From: an uncultured bacterium
GTDB lineage: Bacteria; Patescibacteriota; Patescibacteriia; Patescibacteriales; UBA12465
DNA length: 64,000 nt
Reading direction: 5' to 3'
Assembly (NCBI GenBank): GCA_938003925.1
Contig: CALKWQ010000023.1
Location: 18,885 to 82,884 of the forward strand
Part shown: one piece after another, positions 10,801 through 19,848 of the stretch
How positions within the stretch are numbered: position 1 is the first letter of the stretch
How the letters are laid out: every line of letters begins with the position of its first letter
The notes under the pieces: model-generated
Told to the model about the DNA's origin: nothing
Databases searched by the model: none
The model's input: only the letters and a program-made list of their open reading frames with translations
Translations under genes and position numbers: made by a program

Positions 10801-10865
10801 AAGATGGAATTTTAAAGGCTCTAGCTGGAGAGACTAGCTTAGAAGAAGTATTTCGTGTCATCTAA
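7851..10865 (+). CDS. Tandem-fused double GspE/PilB-type secretion/pilus assembly ATPase
   Basis: 1004 aa with two complete ATPase modules. Walker A is TGPTGSGKTTTLYAV and TGPTGSGKTTTLYGI. Asp/His boxes are VGEIRD..LSTLHTNDA and IGEIRD..LSTIHANSA. There are two tetra-Cys motifs (CPHC..CEHC and CPHC..CDQC). A T2SSE_N-like N-domain is present only at the extreme N-terminus. Confidence 0.85.
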   Translation: MSDVASIESLINPESAGDEDSVQGKFAKKQTEIKLKEIEKTTEKRAGAIGLPYVNLFSFPISPEALSLIPEIRARELNAVCFFYDGKNVRIACLEPNEEIADEITRINEQYFTDAKLYIISQNSLEQAFEAYKAIPKIKKYDSGVEITEENLEKFKQDIANYKSLNDKINEVNVSDIVTLILATAIKVGSSDIHIEAEESGVVIRFRIDGVLQEAATVDREKWKKIVTRMKILAKVKINITGKPQDGRYTIHLKDSKIDVRSSFLPTAFGESVVMRLLNSKSVSLEFEGLGIRPEILETLRREIQKPNGLVLTTGPTGSGKTTTLYAVLNKLNLPGTKIVTLEDPIEYQLAGINQSQVDAHRGYTFSDGLRSILRQDPNIIMVGEIRDLETAEIAVQASLTGHLVLSTLHTNDAAGVIPRLIDIGVKPYFLVPSINAVIGQRLVRKLCPHCRVEHPLNTDEIEKVQRILAVISPKANINIPSKLPTMYRAGAGCEHCNFIGYKGRLGIYEIFTMDDNLKQLTIDKAPSFKILQQAIENGMITMLQDGVLKCLEGITSLEEVYRVIGNFDYVDELYDIVISQTIGRGVKITAEEYGRAQAIITKVGQAINLSDVPSKELIKLIMSMASASDAGDVHIEPIENGVKVRFRIDGVMHDILDLPKTSYLPILSEMKILAGFATNVKRATLDGRFSIYLPASKIDCRLSIISGGYGETIVVRLLSNSAASLDLEKLGITSVAKKALDQAITKTKGIIITTGPTGSGKTTTLYGILNKLNKSDVKIITVEDPIEYQLPGVMQTQIDTEHGYTFAAAMRSLLRQNPNIMMIGEIRDEETAKIAIEAAQTGHLVLSTIHANSAAGAISRFAGLGVEKSSLANAIEFSIGQRLARRICPHCKTIDTPSAEALQRAQEILNSINNKDIKIPKELKFYRGTGCDQCKQLGYKGRVGLYETIATSQSIQKLIQHEDTNDYDIEQEAIKNGTVTIAQDGILKALAGETSLEEVFRVI

Positions 10866-10925
10866 ATTATTTATAAATACCTGCCGGAAGCTCAAATTCT
10901 GCCGGCCATAATAAAGACTACTTTT

Positions 10926-11501
10926 ATGATTAATACCGGATTCGTCAGTAAACTTAAAACCGACTATCGCCAACGTGAACAAGAAAGAAGACAAATTATT
11001 AGTCGCTCCAATGATGTTCTCTTTCAGGCCAAGAAGACTATTTTTGCCCTCCAAAGAGAAGAATTAGAAAGCGCAGAAGAAAAGCTAATTAGTATGGAGA
11101 CTATCTTAAAAAAGATGGAAAAAGATTTTGGTCCCACTAGACTGCGTGAAGAAGGCGCTTATCACGCTGCGGCGGAAGAGTATGTAGAAGCAAAAACTTT
11201 AGCTGCGGTGGTTGCAGGCAAGAAGATAACTCCGATTAAGGGCTTACATCTAGGTTATGATAGCTACTTGGGTGGATTCTGTGATCTTATCGGAGAAATG
11301 GTACGCCTTGCCACCAACCGTGCCGCCAAAGGTAAATATGAGAGCGTGGCTGAAATGAAAGATAAGGCTGAAGAAATTATGAACAGTCTGTTAGATTTTG
11401 ATTTAACCGGATATCTCCGCACTAAATATGACCAGGCTCGCGGGCATTTGCGTAAACTAGAACAAATGGCCTATGAAATACGTTTACGCAAGGACAAATA
11501 A
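10926..11501 (+). CDS. Translin/TRAX-family (C3PO-like) protein
   Basis: 191 aa. HLGYDSYLGGFCDLIGEMVRLATN..GKY..LLDFDL..LRTKYD..LRKLEQMAYEI aligns by eye with the C-terminal half of translin/TRAX. AAEEYVEAKT resembles the TRAX catalytic EYVEA segment. Confidence 0.6.
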   Translation: MINTGFVSKLKTDYRQREQERRQIISRSNDVLFQAKKTIFALQREELESAEEKLISMETILKKMEKDFGPTRLREEGAYHAAAEEYVEAKTLAAVVAGKKITPIKGLHLGYDSYLGGFCDLIGEMVRLATNRAAKGKYESVAEMKDKAEEIMNSLLDFDLTGYLRTKYDQARGHLRKLEQMAYEIRLRKDK

Positions 11502-11504
11502 ACT

Positions 11505-11999
11505 ATGTTAATAGCTATTGCCTCCGATCTACATGATAACTTGGCCAATTGGGCAAGCTGCCACAAATATCTACAACAGCAGGGTGTCTCCACCCTGCTT
11601 TTCTGTGGTGATCTGACGAGCGTCAACACTTTAAAAAAAATTGTTCAGGAATTCTCTGGCGACATCTTTATGATTGCTGGCAATGCTGAATTATATACAA
11701 AGGCTGACACTGATAAAATGCCGCGTTTACATTTTCTTGGTCGCTACGGACAAACCACTATAGCCGACCAAAAAATTGGCCTTATCCACGAACCAGCCTA
11801 TAAACAAGCACTGCTCAGAGAACATCCTAATCTTAAATATCTCTTTTACGGTCATACTCACAAACCCTGGATTAGTAATGAAAATGGAATAATTTATGCC
11901 AATCCTGGAAATCTAGGTGGACTTATTTATCCGGCCAGTTTTGCCGTCTTAGATACTGATAATGATAAATTGGAACTAAAAATATTGAACACACTCTGA
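11505..11999 (+). CDS. YfcE/MJ0936-family metallophosphoesterase
   Basis: 164 aa. SDLHDN, GDL, GNAE and GHTH motifs occur in the calcineurin-like phosphoesterase order. The start is 4 nt after the translin-like stop. Confidence 0.75.
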   Translation: MLIAIASDLHDNLANWASCHKYLQQQGVSTLLFCGDLTSVNTLKKIVQEFSGDIFMIAGNAELYTKADTDKMPRLHFLGRYGQTTIADQKIGLIHEPAYKQALLREHPNLKYLFYGHTHKPWISNENGIIYANPGNLGGLIYPASFAVLDTDNDKLELKILNTL

Positions 12000-12058
12000 G
12001 AATAAATCAAAAAATCCCTCCGTAAAACTGGAGGGATTTTAATATACAAAAAACAAGC

Positions 12059-14533
12059 TTAGATAAATAACTCGCGCAAATATTGACCGGTGACGCTGTC
12101 CGTAGCGCTAATAATATCTCGTGGAGTACCAGCGGCAACTATTCTCCCACCCCTTGCTCCGCCCTCAGGGCCAAGATCAATTACCCAATCAACCGCTTTG
12201 ATTACATCAAGATTATGCTCAATAATTAACACGGTATTACCCTGATCGACCAGCATATTTAAAACCTTGAGCAAGCGATCAATATCGGCAAAATGAAGAC
12301 CGGTAGTAGGTTCATCCAAAATATAGAGCGTGCGACCAGTAGCCCGACGCGATAATTCCGTAGCTAATTTAATGCGCTGAGCTTCGCCGCCGGAAAAAGT
12401 AGTAGCTGATTGACCCAAATGAATATAGCCTAAACCCACCTCGTCCAATGTGCTTAATTTTTGGCGTAAAGCTGATTGATCGTGAAAAAAATCTAAAGCT
12501 TCGCTGACGGTTAGATTTAAAACATCGTATATATTCTTGTCTTTGTACTTAATATCTAAAATCTTCTGCTGAAAACGCTGACCATGACAGGCTTCACAAG
12601 TTAAATAAACGTCGTTGAGAAACTGCATTTCCACCTTAATCATGCCATCGCCAGCACAGCGTTCACAGCGACCACCGGCAACGTTGAAAGAAAAGTGACC
12701 AGGGGTTAAACGCTTCAAACGCGCTTCTGGCAGTTCGGCAAACAAATCACGAATATATGTATATAGGCCGGTATAGGTGGCAGGGTTAGATCGTGGCGTG
12801 CGACCAATCGGAGACTGATCAATATCAATAACTTTATCAATATGTTCCAAGCCTTTAAGCTCGCGATGAGAACCAACCTCTGTTTTTGCCCGATAAAACT
12901 TCTTATTCAAAGCATTAGCTAAAATATCAGACATGAGCGTGGACTTGCCAGAACCGGACACGCCGGTAATAGCCACCAGTTTGCCCAGAGGAATGTGCAC
13001 GTCAATGTTTTTCAAATTATGCTCAGTAGCACCAATAACTGATAAGAATTGACCATTGCCGGAACGAAAAGAATCACGGTTTAAAATAGACTTAGCGCCT
13101 GACAAATAAGCACCGGTCAAAGACTGGCGACAATCCTTAATGTCAGAAGGAGAGCCGGCAAACAGAATTTTTCCTCCATGTTCGCCTGCACCGGGGCCAA
13201 CGTCAACTAAATAATCAGCCGCCTGCATCATCGCCGCATCATGCTCAACTACAATAACAGTATTACCATTATCTCGCAGATTCTTCAGCATGGTAATTAA
13301 TTTATCATTGTCACGTTGATGGAGGCCAACTGAAGGTTCATCCAAAACATAGAGTACGCCACTTAAAGTTGAGCCAACTTGAGCTGCCAATCGAATACGC
13401 TGGGCCTCACCGCCTGATAAACTAGCCGCTGGGCGATTAAGTGTCAGATAGGATAAACCAACTCGCTCTAAAAATTCCAAGTTTTTTACAATTTCTTTTA
13501 AAATCGGCTGCACAATAGCTTGAGCGCCGTTCCAAGCACCTTGTTCTAACCACTCAGACAATAAAGGGCGCAGAACGTCTACTGTCTTTTGACCCAAGCT
13601 TTCAATATTCAAATTTTTAATTTTTACAGCTAAATATTCTGGGCGCAGACGCGCGCCGGCGCAAGCCGGACAAACAGCTAAGCGCATGCACTTTTCAATC
13701 TCTTGCTTAACAAAATTAGATTTTGTCTCTTCATAACGAGACAACAGTTCGGCGTTTAACCCCTCCCATTGCTTATCGCCATTTAAAATGGCAGCACGTT
13801 GGCCAGCGTTAAGTGTGCCCAAGGGTGTTTCCAAAGTAAAGTCATAACGGTCACCTAAAGATTTTAGCTGTAGGAACAGACTACTATTTTGACTCAGATT
13901 GGCATGAGCCAATGGTTTAATAGCGCCCTGCAACAAACTCAACCTGAGGTTAAACACCAACTCAGGATCTATTTCTGTCCTTGTGCCCAGTCCACCGCAA
14001 TGAGAACAGGCTCCGTAGTTAGAATTAAAAGAAAAGTGACGAGGCTCTAACTCTGGCAAAACAAAACTACAACTAGCACAGGCATAGGGATAAGGATTCA
14101 GTGCCTTTTTCTTACTCTTATTACTGGCTGATTTTTCCGTCTTTTTTAAGCGAGTATGACAATGTGGGCAATAAGGCCAACCGACACGAGCATACAATAA
14201 ACGTAAATAATCATAAATTTCCGTAACAGTCCCTACCGTAGAACGAGGATTATTACCTACAGTGCGCTGATCAATGGCAATCGCCGGAGACAAGCCTTCA
14301 ATCAAATCAAAATCTGGCTTATCCATTAAGCCAACAAATTGGCGAGCATAGGCAGACAATGATTCTACGTAACGTCTTTGTCCCTCAGCATAAATAGTGT
14401 CAAAAGCTAGAGAAGACTTGCCGGAACCAGATAGCCCCGTAATTACAATCAATTGATTACGCGGCAAATCTAAATTGACGCTCTTTAAATTATGAGTACG
14501 AGCGCCACGGATTTTGATATTATTTTCAAGCAT
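12059..14533 (-). CDS. uvrA: UvrA-like excinuclease ABC subunit A lacking the UvrB-binding domain (class II-like)
   Basis: Two ABC ATPase modules ([24 protein letters not shown], two LSGGEAQR signatures). Only about 27 aa separate the first Zn-module cysteine pairs (CPHC...CASC). The insertion domain between CSHC and CPAC is present. I moved the start to [10 protein letters not shown] (14533), so the 14617 start is probably an ORF extension. Confidence 0.85.
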   Translation of the reverse strand: MLENNIKIRGARTHNLKSVNLDLPRNQLIVITGLSGSGKSSLAFDTIYAEGQRRYVESLSAYARQFVGLMDKPDFDLIEGLSPAIAIDQRTVGNNPRSTVGTVTEIYDYLRLLYARVGWPYCPHCHTRLKKTEKSASNKSKKKALNPYPYACASCSFVLPELEPRHFSFNSNYGACSHCGGLGTRTEIDPELVFNLRLSLLQGAIKPLAHANLSQNSSLFLQLKSLGDRYDFTLETPLGTLNAGQRAAILNGDKQWEGLNAELLSRYEETKSNFVKQEIEKCMRLAVCPACAGARLRPEYLAVKIKNLNIESLGQKTVDVLRPLLSEWLEQGAWNGAQAIVQPILKEIVKNLEFLERVGLSYLTLNRPAASLSGGEAQRIRLAAQVGSTLSGVLYVLDEPSVGLHQRDNDKLITMLKNLRDNGNTVIVVEHDAAMMQAADYLVDVGPGAGEHGGKILFAGSPSDIKDCRQSLTGAYLSGAKSILNRDSFRSGNGQFLSVIGATEHNLKNIDVHIPLGKLVAITGVSGSGKSTLMSDILANALNKKFYRAKTEVGSHRELKGLEHIDKVIDIDQSPIGRTPRSNPATYTGLYTYIRDLFAELPEARLKRLTPGHFSFNVAGGRCERCAGDGMIKVEMQFLNDVYLTCEACHGQRFQQKILDIKYKDKNIYDVLNLTVSEALDFFHDQSALRQKLSTLDEVGLGYIHLGQSATTFSGGEAQRIKLATELSRRATGRTLYILDEPTTGLHFADIDRLLKVLNMLVDQGNTVLIIEHNLDVIKAVDWVIDLGPEGGARGGRIVAAGTPRDIISATDSVTGQYLRELFI

Positions 14534-14633
14534 GGAAAGGTAAATAAATGATTTTTGAATAGTGTTCATTATACACGCAAATAAGCAAAAAAACAAGGGA
14601 GCCATTAAGCTCCCCAAACAACTAAAAGATTAC

Positions 14634-15671
14634 TTAGAAAAAAGGAAAGAAGAGGCGAAAAAACCACATTAACAAGCGACGATGCCAGCCTAAACGCTTA
14701 AAACTCAAATCGGACTGACGAGCACTTGCTTGCCAGCGACTAATAATTTTTTCTAACTCAGCCACCGCCTGTTTTTGCTCAAAGAAAACACCGATTTCTA
14801 AATTAAAATTAAAAGAGAGAATATCTAAATTTTGCGAACCAACTAAGGCTTCTCTGTTATCTATTAACATCACTTTGGCATGATTCATCGCAGGCGTGAA
14901 ATAAAACTTAACTCCCACCGAAGCTAAGCGAGCAGCATTGAAGTGATTGATTTTATTTAAAAACTTAATATCCGTATCTTCAGGAATAATAATCTCAACC
15001 CTAACACCTCTTCTAACCGCATCATCTAAAGAGGCCATTAGCCAGCGAGGAGGAAGTAGATACGGGGTAACGATTTTAATAGAAGTAACCGCTTCAGCTA
15101 ATTTCTGACGATAATAGTCATTTAAATTATACTGCTTATCACCAAACTCCCAAGTATCAATCACCCAAGACTTAATTTTTTTTACTAAAGGCAAACGGCT
15201 GTGTTTTAAAATATGCTCATTTTTACCACCACACTGCTGATAGGTATATGCGAAAGAGCGCAGTAAAGGCTTGAGCACTCTGCCTCGTAAACGGATATGT
15301 AAATCCTGCCAGTTCCTAATCTTATTTTCAATATTAACACCGCCAAAAAAAGCTAAACGATTATCAATAATTATCAACTTACGATGAGTTCTCTTCAGCC
15401 AACGAGAGAAATATATAAATTCAATGCCTGCTGCTTTTAAATCCGCTACCGTGGCTGATTTTAAACCTGAACTGCCGTAGGCATCAGCAATGATAACTAC
15501 TTCCAACCCGGCAACTGCTTTCTCCTTAAGCTTGCCAACAAAATCATGCGTCTGTCTGGTATCATCTAAAAAGATGTACATTTCAATATAAATAGAAACC
15601 TTAGCGCTATCGATAGAAGCTATGATGCCGTCCCAAGCCTTTTGTGAAGTTGTATAAAATTTATAACGCAT
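14634..15671 (-). CDS. Phospholipase D / cardiolipin synthase-like protein (two HKD motifs)
   Basis: HRKLIIIDNRLAFFGGVNI and HAKVMLIDNREALVGSQNL are HxK(x)4D motifs. The start is set to MRYKFY (15671) to avoid overlap with the upstream gene. Confidence 0.8.
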   Translation of the reverse strand: MRYKFYTTSQKAWDGIIASIDSAKVSIYIEMYIFLDDTRQTHDFVGKLKEKAVAGLEVVIIADAYGSSGLKSATVADLKAAGIEFIYFSRWLKRTHRKLIIIDNRLAFFGGVNIENKIRNWQDLHIRLRGRVLKPLLRSFAYTYQQCGGKNEHILKHSRLPLVKKIKSWVIDTWEFGDKQYNLNDYYRQKLAEAVTSIKIVTPYLLPPRWLMASLDDAVRRGVRVEIIIPEDTDIKFLNKINHFNAARLASVGVKFYFTPAMNHAKVMLIDNREALVGSQNLDILSFNFNLEIGVFFEQKQAVAELEKIISRWQASARQSDLSFKRLGWHRRLLMWFFRLFFPFF

Positions 15672-15732
15672 ATTACTATTATACCACGGATAAAGAAAAA
15701 AATGCTGACAAAAATGGGATGAAATCCCATTT

Positions 15733-16536
15733 TTAAGACAATAACATTTTTTTGATAGCCGGCAAGGCGCGCTTAGCCTCACGACGACCAACGTCAATTA
15801 AGGCTCGAGCGAGATCGGGATCAAAATATTTTTTATACTGATTAGCCTGGATAAAGGCTGAAGTATCCGGATTAAGTAACACATCAGCTGAACTTAAGGA
15901 ATAACTGGCTAAATTGTGCAAACCAATTTGTGCGGAACGAATAGCAATGGCAGAAAAAGAAAAGTGATGACCGATAAATTCATGTTGATGGTATAAATTA
16001 ACAGCAATCACTCTATCTGCTCCCTGATCTTTTAAAATACTAACCGGTACCGGATTACTTAAGCCACCATCAACTAATAAGCGACCCTTGTCTTTAAATG
16101 GCTCAAAGACTAAGGGCAAAGAAGTGCTAGCTCTAACAGCGCTAACTAGTGAACCAGACTTAATGATATGAGCTTGACCGCTAATTAGATCAGTAGCGAC
16201 AATCTGCAAAGGCACACGGCAATCTTGAAAAGTTTTTTGCTGTAACATGCGTTGCAAAAAAAGTTCGAATTTTTTACCAGAAACAAAACCGCCACGAAAG
16301 CCAAAGTCAAATAAGGCCGGCAGTTTATACTTTTTGTTCATGACAATTTCCGTTTCCAATAAACTAAGATCGGTATAAACAGAAAAATAAGCACCCACTA
16401 AGGCCCCGATAGAAGCGCCACTAACGTAATCAATGGGTATCGCATTTTCTTGCAACACTTGGATCACGCCGATATGAGCAAAACCGCGAAAGCCACCGCT
16501 ACCCAAAGCTAGACCGATTTTAGGAACCTGAGCCAT
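15733..16536 (-). CDS. Patatin-like phospholipase
   Basis: 267 aa with GSGGFRG (oxyanion), GASIG (GxSxG) and DGG motifs. Confidence 0.8.
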   Translation of the reverse strand: MAQVPKIGLALGSGGFRGFAHIGVIQVLQENAIPIDYVSGASIGALVGAYFSVYTDLSLLETEIVMNKKYKLPALFDFGFRGGFVSGKKFELFLQRMLQQKTFQDCRVPLQIVATDLISGQAHIIKSGSLVSAVRASTSLPLVFEPFKDKGRLLVDGGLSNPVPVSILKDQGADRVIAVNLYHQHEFIGHHFSFSAIAIRSAQIGLHNLASYSLSSADVLLNPDTSAFIQANQYKKYFDPDLARALIDVGRREAKRALPAIKKMLLS

Positions 16537-16659
16537 AAATTTAGTAGTTAAACCTACCCCTATTTTAACTCCTTTTTAGCGAAGGAGCAAACAAAGACAA
16601 GCCTATAAAAAAGCTGCAATGGTGAAATTGCAGCTTGTCCTACGTATAAACGAAGGGTT

Positions 16660-17679
16660 TTAGAACTTGACTATCGTGTACGCACTAAATGCGTTGTAGA
16701 GTAAATCATATCTCAGTTCCAAGATTATACGACCATGCTCAGTCTTGAAGTCTTTGTAGACCTCAAACGAGGGAGCGAATCTGAGGTTTGACCCCTGTTG
16801 CTCACCATTAATACCTATAGCAGCCGCTAAATTATTAGTGCCAATCTTTTTGCTCATAATGAGCTCGTGATTGGTAAGGCTGCCTGTACGCCGGCTGTCA
16901 AATTTCACCGCATAAGTACCTTTGGTGCTTATCGGCGAAAAATGTTTATAGAAAAAAATTGGCACCACCATGTAACTGGTAGCTTCAATATATAATTCCT
17001 GAGAGAAAAATCCCTGATTTATCTCCCCAAAACCGGCTTGGCTGCGGAACCAATAATCTCCATTGGGCTTCCAGTTTAAGAAAGTAAAACTACCAAAGTG
17101 TTTTAAATTCTTAGTGCCAGCAAAGGCCCAATATTGATCATCGGAGACGCCCAAGGACACGAAGGCGTGTTTGGGATGAAAGGCCACCCAAGCCATCAGG
17201 GCATCCTCCTTGTTCCACTGTTCGTGAAATGAATGATAGCCCAAGGCGTAAACTTCGGCTGTAAACAACCGGTTGGCAACTCTGGTACCTGCATAGTCCC
17301 AGGGGACAGCAGCGGGACTAATCATGCGCCCAACTTCCAACAAAACGCTGTAATCGCCATACTGTTTGGTTGCCCAAACATCAGCGATATACTGGTCTTT
17401 ATTATTGTTATCACCCATCTTGACCAGCATGGCACTGACGGTGGTCGTTGAATCTGAGTAGAGATCTGGGAGAGTAAGTCCCAGCACATCTGCTCCGTAC
17501 TTTTTATAGTCGTACTTGAGGTTCCATTTTTCTGCAACAACTTCAAGCCGTTGTACAGAAACTTCAGACACATTGGTGTCGATTTTTACAGTACTTTCCA
17601 GGTTCACGTTTTGACCGAAAGCTAAGGAGTTGGCAATCATAGCGATGATCATATACACCGCAACTTCTATTTTTTTCAT
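16660..17679 (-). CDS. Secreted beta-rich protein of unknown function with an OMP-like C-terminus
   Basis: Signal peptide MKKIEVAVYMIIAMIANSLAFGQ. Aromatic/Gly-rich alternating pattern. The protein ends ..NAFSAYTIVKF with a terminal Phe. The start is set to M18. Confidence 0.45.
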   Translation of the reverse strand: MKKIEVAVYMIIAMIANSLAFGQNVNLESTVKIDTNVSEVSVQRLEVVAEKWNLKYDYKKYGADVLGLTLPDLYSDSTTTVSAMLVKMGDNNNKDQYIADVWATKQYGDYSVLLEVGRMISPAAVPWDYAGTRVANRLFTAEVYALGYHSFHEQWNKEDALMAWVAFHPKHAFVSLGVSDDQYWAFAGTKNLKHFGSFTFLNWKPNGDYWFRSQAGFGEINQGFFSQELYIEATSYMVVPIFFYKHFSPISTKGTYAVKFDSRRTGSLTNHELIMSKKIGTNNLAAAIGINGEQQGSNLRFAPSFEVYKDFKTEHGRIILELRYDLLYNAFSAYTIVKF

Positions 17680-17761
17680 TATCTCTTTGTTTTTAATTAA
17701 TACTGAATACGGTAAATTTGGTGACCTCACTAAGTATACTGAAGTCGCCAGGCGACAAGTA

Positions 17762-18913
17762 TTAATTAAATAGAGGTACCGGGTCCAACGAGCGCTGATA
17801 TCCTGGTAACAGGCCTGGAGTTAATGAAGCAACTAGCGTCATCAAACTGGACTCAGGGGCAATAGAAATTAAGGCTGGCGGCAACATTGGTGCCGACCAA
17901 TCCCACTCCGACTGCAAAGTCGGTGGAGAGCTATTGCTATCCGCTATAGAGACTGACACTGATGGTACGCTGACAATATTATCATCAACGATGGTAGTGG
18001 CAGAGGCTAGCGACGGAATAAGCAAGGCGATGGTAACAACCATCATGACTGGCAATAGAGCGTGACGACGAGACAAACCGCGCTGATCTAACTCTTGTCG
18101 ATAATCAGTGAGACTGATACGGCTATGAGCAAACCGGCTCACTTCTGCCAATTCATTTGCAGAAAGCAAGGAAAAAATATCTATTTCTCTCCGTTGCCGC
18201 TCTACTCTGAAAGCAAAAGTTCTGACGCCTTCGTGCCAAATTTGATACCAAGTACGCATAATTACTATTGGATAGAAAGTGAGACAGATAAGAAAACTCA
18301 GGGGGTTGTTAATTCCCAATTTATTCTTATCTTGATACCACCATATCCAAAGTAGGATGAAGGCTAGCGGCAGATTCTTAACATAGAATCCGGCCAACCA
18401 GGTTAAAACTATCATCACTACCTGCTGCCAATAGCCGGGGCTTTGGCGACGAGCCTGATCAGCTAATACGCGCTGGGTACAGCCAGGATCAAGAGTCTCT
18501 TGACTAAGCTGCCGAGCTTGCGACAAGCGTTGCATAAAGAGATTGTATTCAGTCTCAGATAAATTACGCCGCGCTGCTTTTACGTTAGCGTCAAAAGTAG
18601 ATAATAATTGATTAACCGAGGAGCTAACTGCCAGAACAGCGAAACGATCAAAGTCGTTTTGTTGTTCTTTTAGTCTAATGGCCGTTAAATCGGCAAAATA
18701 CTCCTCTGGTCCATAGGCGGCGCCCAAACTCTGAGCACGCTGCACTTTTTCCTGTAAATACTGGATATCGCTCTTGCCTCCGTCCGCCTTTATAGGCGGC
18801 TGAGGGCCATCTTCTAAGTGAGAAAATAGAGCGAAAAAACCAATATTATAAAGAAAAAGTACGGCCAACAACAGTTTAATGCTGATTAACAACGACTTTT
18901 TCATTTTATTCAT
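17762..18913 (-). CDS. Membrane protein of unknown function
   Basis: 383 aa with an N-terminal TM, several central TM helices and a Ser/Pro-rich C-terminal part. Same strand as 16660-17679, 82 nt upstream of it. Confidence 0.4.
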   Translation of the reverse strand: MNKMKKSLLISIKLLLAVLFLYNIGFFALFSHLEDGPQPPIKADGGKSDIQYLQEKVQRAQSLGAAYGPEEYFADLTAIRLKEQQNDFDRFAVLAVSSSVNQLLSTFDANVKAARRNLSETEYNLFMQRLSQARQLSQETLDPGCTQRVLADQARRQSPGYWQQVVMIVLTWLAGFYVKNLPLAFILLWIWWYQDKNKLGINNPLSFLICLTFYPIVIMRTWYQIWHEGVRTFAFRVERQRREIDIFSLLSANELAEVSRFAHSRISLTDYRQELDQRGLSRRHALLPVMMVVTIALLIPSLASATTIVDDNIVSVPSVSVSIADSNSSPPTLQSEWDWSAPMLPPALISIAPESSLMTLVASLTPGLLPGYQRSLDPVPLFN

Positions 18914-19063
18914 TTTTTAAAGAATTTGCCCAATATCAGGCAACAAATTATTATATCATTTTTTATAAATTATGTCAATATATGCACTTTAGGGTTAAGA
19001 TTGGCTAATAATAAAAATAAGTAGCCAAAGCGACTACTTATACCGGGCCATTACCAATAATTA

Positions 19064-19720
19064 TCATATCTTTATATCACGATTAATTAAGCGCTGGTCG
19101 GGAATGTAAACGGGCAAATATTTAAAATTGGGCCGGGTTAATAACCCTCGTTTAACGGCCAGTAAGATATTTTGTCGATACCACCACGCCACGCGTTCAT
19201 CGTGCCAAATTGCGTCGCGAAAAGGATCTAATAAGACATAACCATGCTGTTTAAATATGGCCTGCCAGTATTCTGGCCACTGTTCATTAACGTGACCAAT
19301 GCCGACGTCGCCTTGGCCTGGCACCGCCGCACTAAAAACAATCACATCCGCCAAATCTACCAGATTAGTAATGAAGCTATCAGCTTTAGTTGCCGGCAAA
19401 TGTTCAGCCACCTCTAAACTTAAGGCTAAATCAAAACGTCTGCCTAAATTTAAAGGTGTAACTAAATCATGACTGAGAAAATTATGATGGTCTATATAAA
19501 GCTTGGCGCGGTCAATATAATCACCATCTACACCTAAAATTATACTAGCCCCTCGTTCTTGCCAGACTTTTAGCCAGGTACCTAGACCGCAACCAAGGTC
19601 TACCACGCTCTCCGGATTAATGATCTGCTGGATTAAGGGCACAATAATCTGAGCTGAAGCATAAGAGCCATCGACCTGGCGACGAAAAAAGTTATCATCG
19701 TAAATATTATTTTTAGTCAT
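19064..19720 (-). CDS. Class I SAM-dependent methyltransferase
   Basis: The VVDLGCGLGTW glycine-rich motif I and LEVAEHL are typical of the Methyltransf_11/23-type fold. Confidence 0.7.
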   Translation of the reverse strand: MTKNNIYDDNFFRRQVDGSYASAQIIVPLIQQIINPESVVDLGCGLGTWLKVWQERGASIILGVDGDYIDRAKLYIDHHNFLSHDLVTPLNLGRRFDLALSLEVAEHLPATKADSFITNLVDLADVIVFSAAVPGQGDVGIGHVNEQWPEYWQAIFKQHGYVLLDPFRDAIWHDERVAWWYRQNILLAVKRGLLTRPNFKYLPVYIPDQRLINRDIKI

Positions 19721-19848
19721 AAATTTAAATTAGCACTCTATCTACTATGACAATTGTTGGCCGCTGGGTCAAATTTAATAAAAAACGGCTTCATTGAGCC
19801 GTTAATGATAATTAACTTTCCAAGTTGATTAAGCTTAGATTAACGTAA

